Virus record (IMG/VR): IMGVR_UViG_3300033513_000034
Location: 1 to 37,027 of that record
Source: a virus
Lineage: Duplodnaviria; Caudoviricetes
Length of the DNA stretch: 37,027 nucleotides
Strand: one strand, 5' to 3'
Shown here: piece by piece, positions 36,561 through 37,027 of the stretch
Layout: every line of letters starts with the position of its first letter
Numbering within the stretch: the stretch's first letter is position 1
Translations under genes and position numbers: made by a program
The notes under the pieces: generated by a model
Database searches by the model: none
What the model was told of the DNA's origin: nothing
The model's input: the letters and a program-made list of their open reading frames with translations, nothing else

Positions 36561-36576
36561 CCTCCAAGCTTGGAGG
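36561..36576. repeat. 16-bp palindrome CCTCCAAGCTTGGAGG
   Basis: Exact copy, intergenic. Confidence 0.95.
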
Positions 36577-36588
36577 AAAGGAGTCAAA

Positions 36589-36792
36589 ATGGGAAACCGT
36601 ATTATGGAACTCACAAACGAAAAGATCAAAGAAGTCGAGGCTAGTCAGGATATCAACTGTCCGGGCTGTGGTGGACACCAGTATGCCATCTTCGACAAGT
36701 TGTACACTTTCACTTATGGAAAGTGCCCGACTTGCTCAATTGATGATCCTGAGTATATACGCCAGGCCGAGAACATATTTATGTTGATGTGA
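36589..36792 (+). CDS. zinc-ribbon protein (67 aa)
   Basis: AAGGAG before the ATG at 36589; CPGC...CPTC. Confidence 0.65.
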   Translation: MGNRIMELTNEKIKEVEASQDINCPGCGGHQYAIFDKLYTFTYGKCPTCSIDDPEYIRQAENIFMLM

Positions 36793-36793
36793 T

Positions 36794-37027
36794 ATGGCAA
36801 AAGGTAAAAGCACCTCATTTCAGAAGTCCTATGCTCAACACTATCAGGGATATCGACCTGGCCTGAAAGAAGTCTGGGAAGCTACTCTACCACACAAACG
36901 CCTGGGCAACACCTTTGATGAGTTTCTGATGCTGCTGCCGCCTGGGCACTGCGCTTATGTATCCAATTGGTCTATCGTTATAGAGAAGGAGTTGTACTAT
37001 GAGTCTGCTGAGTATCGCAGGGATCAT
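36794..37027 (+). CDS. hypothetical protein, truncated by the window edge
   Basis: ATG one base after the previous stop; frame open to the end of the window. Confidence 0.5.
   Translation, partial: MAKGKSTSFQKSYAQHYQGYRPGLKEVWEATLPHKRLGNTFDEFLMLLPPGHCAYVSNWSIVIEKELYYESAEYRRDH

Noticed and set aside
1076-36576. Palindrome as CRISPR repeat, IS terminal repeat or mere HindIII site
   Set aside because: Copies are kilobases apart with no spacer array or transposase, and conservation extends 5 bp beyond AAGCTT on each side.

Overview
About 37 kb of a tailed dsDNA phage genome (siphovirus-type layout; host not determinable from sequence; no integrase, replication genes or host genes seen). A leftward (- strand) morphogenesis region spans ~1.1-30.1 kb: terminase large subunit, portal, a glycosyltransferase-methyltransferase fusion, scaffold, major capsid, head-tail adaptor, tail completion, tail tube, frameshifting tail chaperones, a 3079-aa tape measure, tail-tip proteins and a holin-like gene. 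A divergent rightward region of small, membrane and Cys-rich genes (probably early/host-takeover) starts at ~30.2 kb. A few rightward genes and an atypical tRNA-Arg lie at the left edge. Main signals: (1) the tape measure appears to be a polyprotein, with an N-terminal two-barrel RNA polymerase-like region (SGR, RSP and DWDLD motifs), then a PD-(D/E)xK nuclease-like domain, then the tape measure proper; (2) a 16-bp palindrome CCTCCAAGCTTGGAGG occurs about 10 times, both in and between genes; (3) three hairpin-dense non-coding blocks flank the first rightward genes, with G-U pairs that consistently favour the + strand. All calls come from reading motifs and gene order by eye; no database search or folding program was run.
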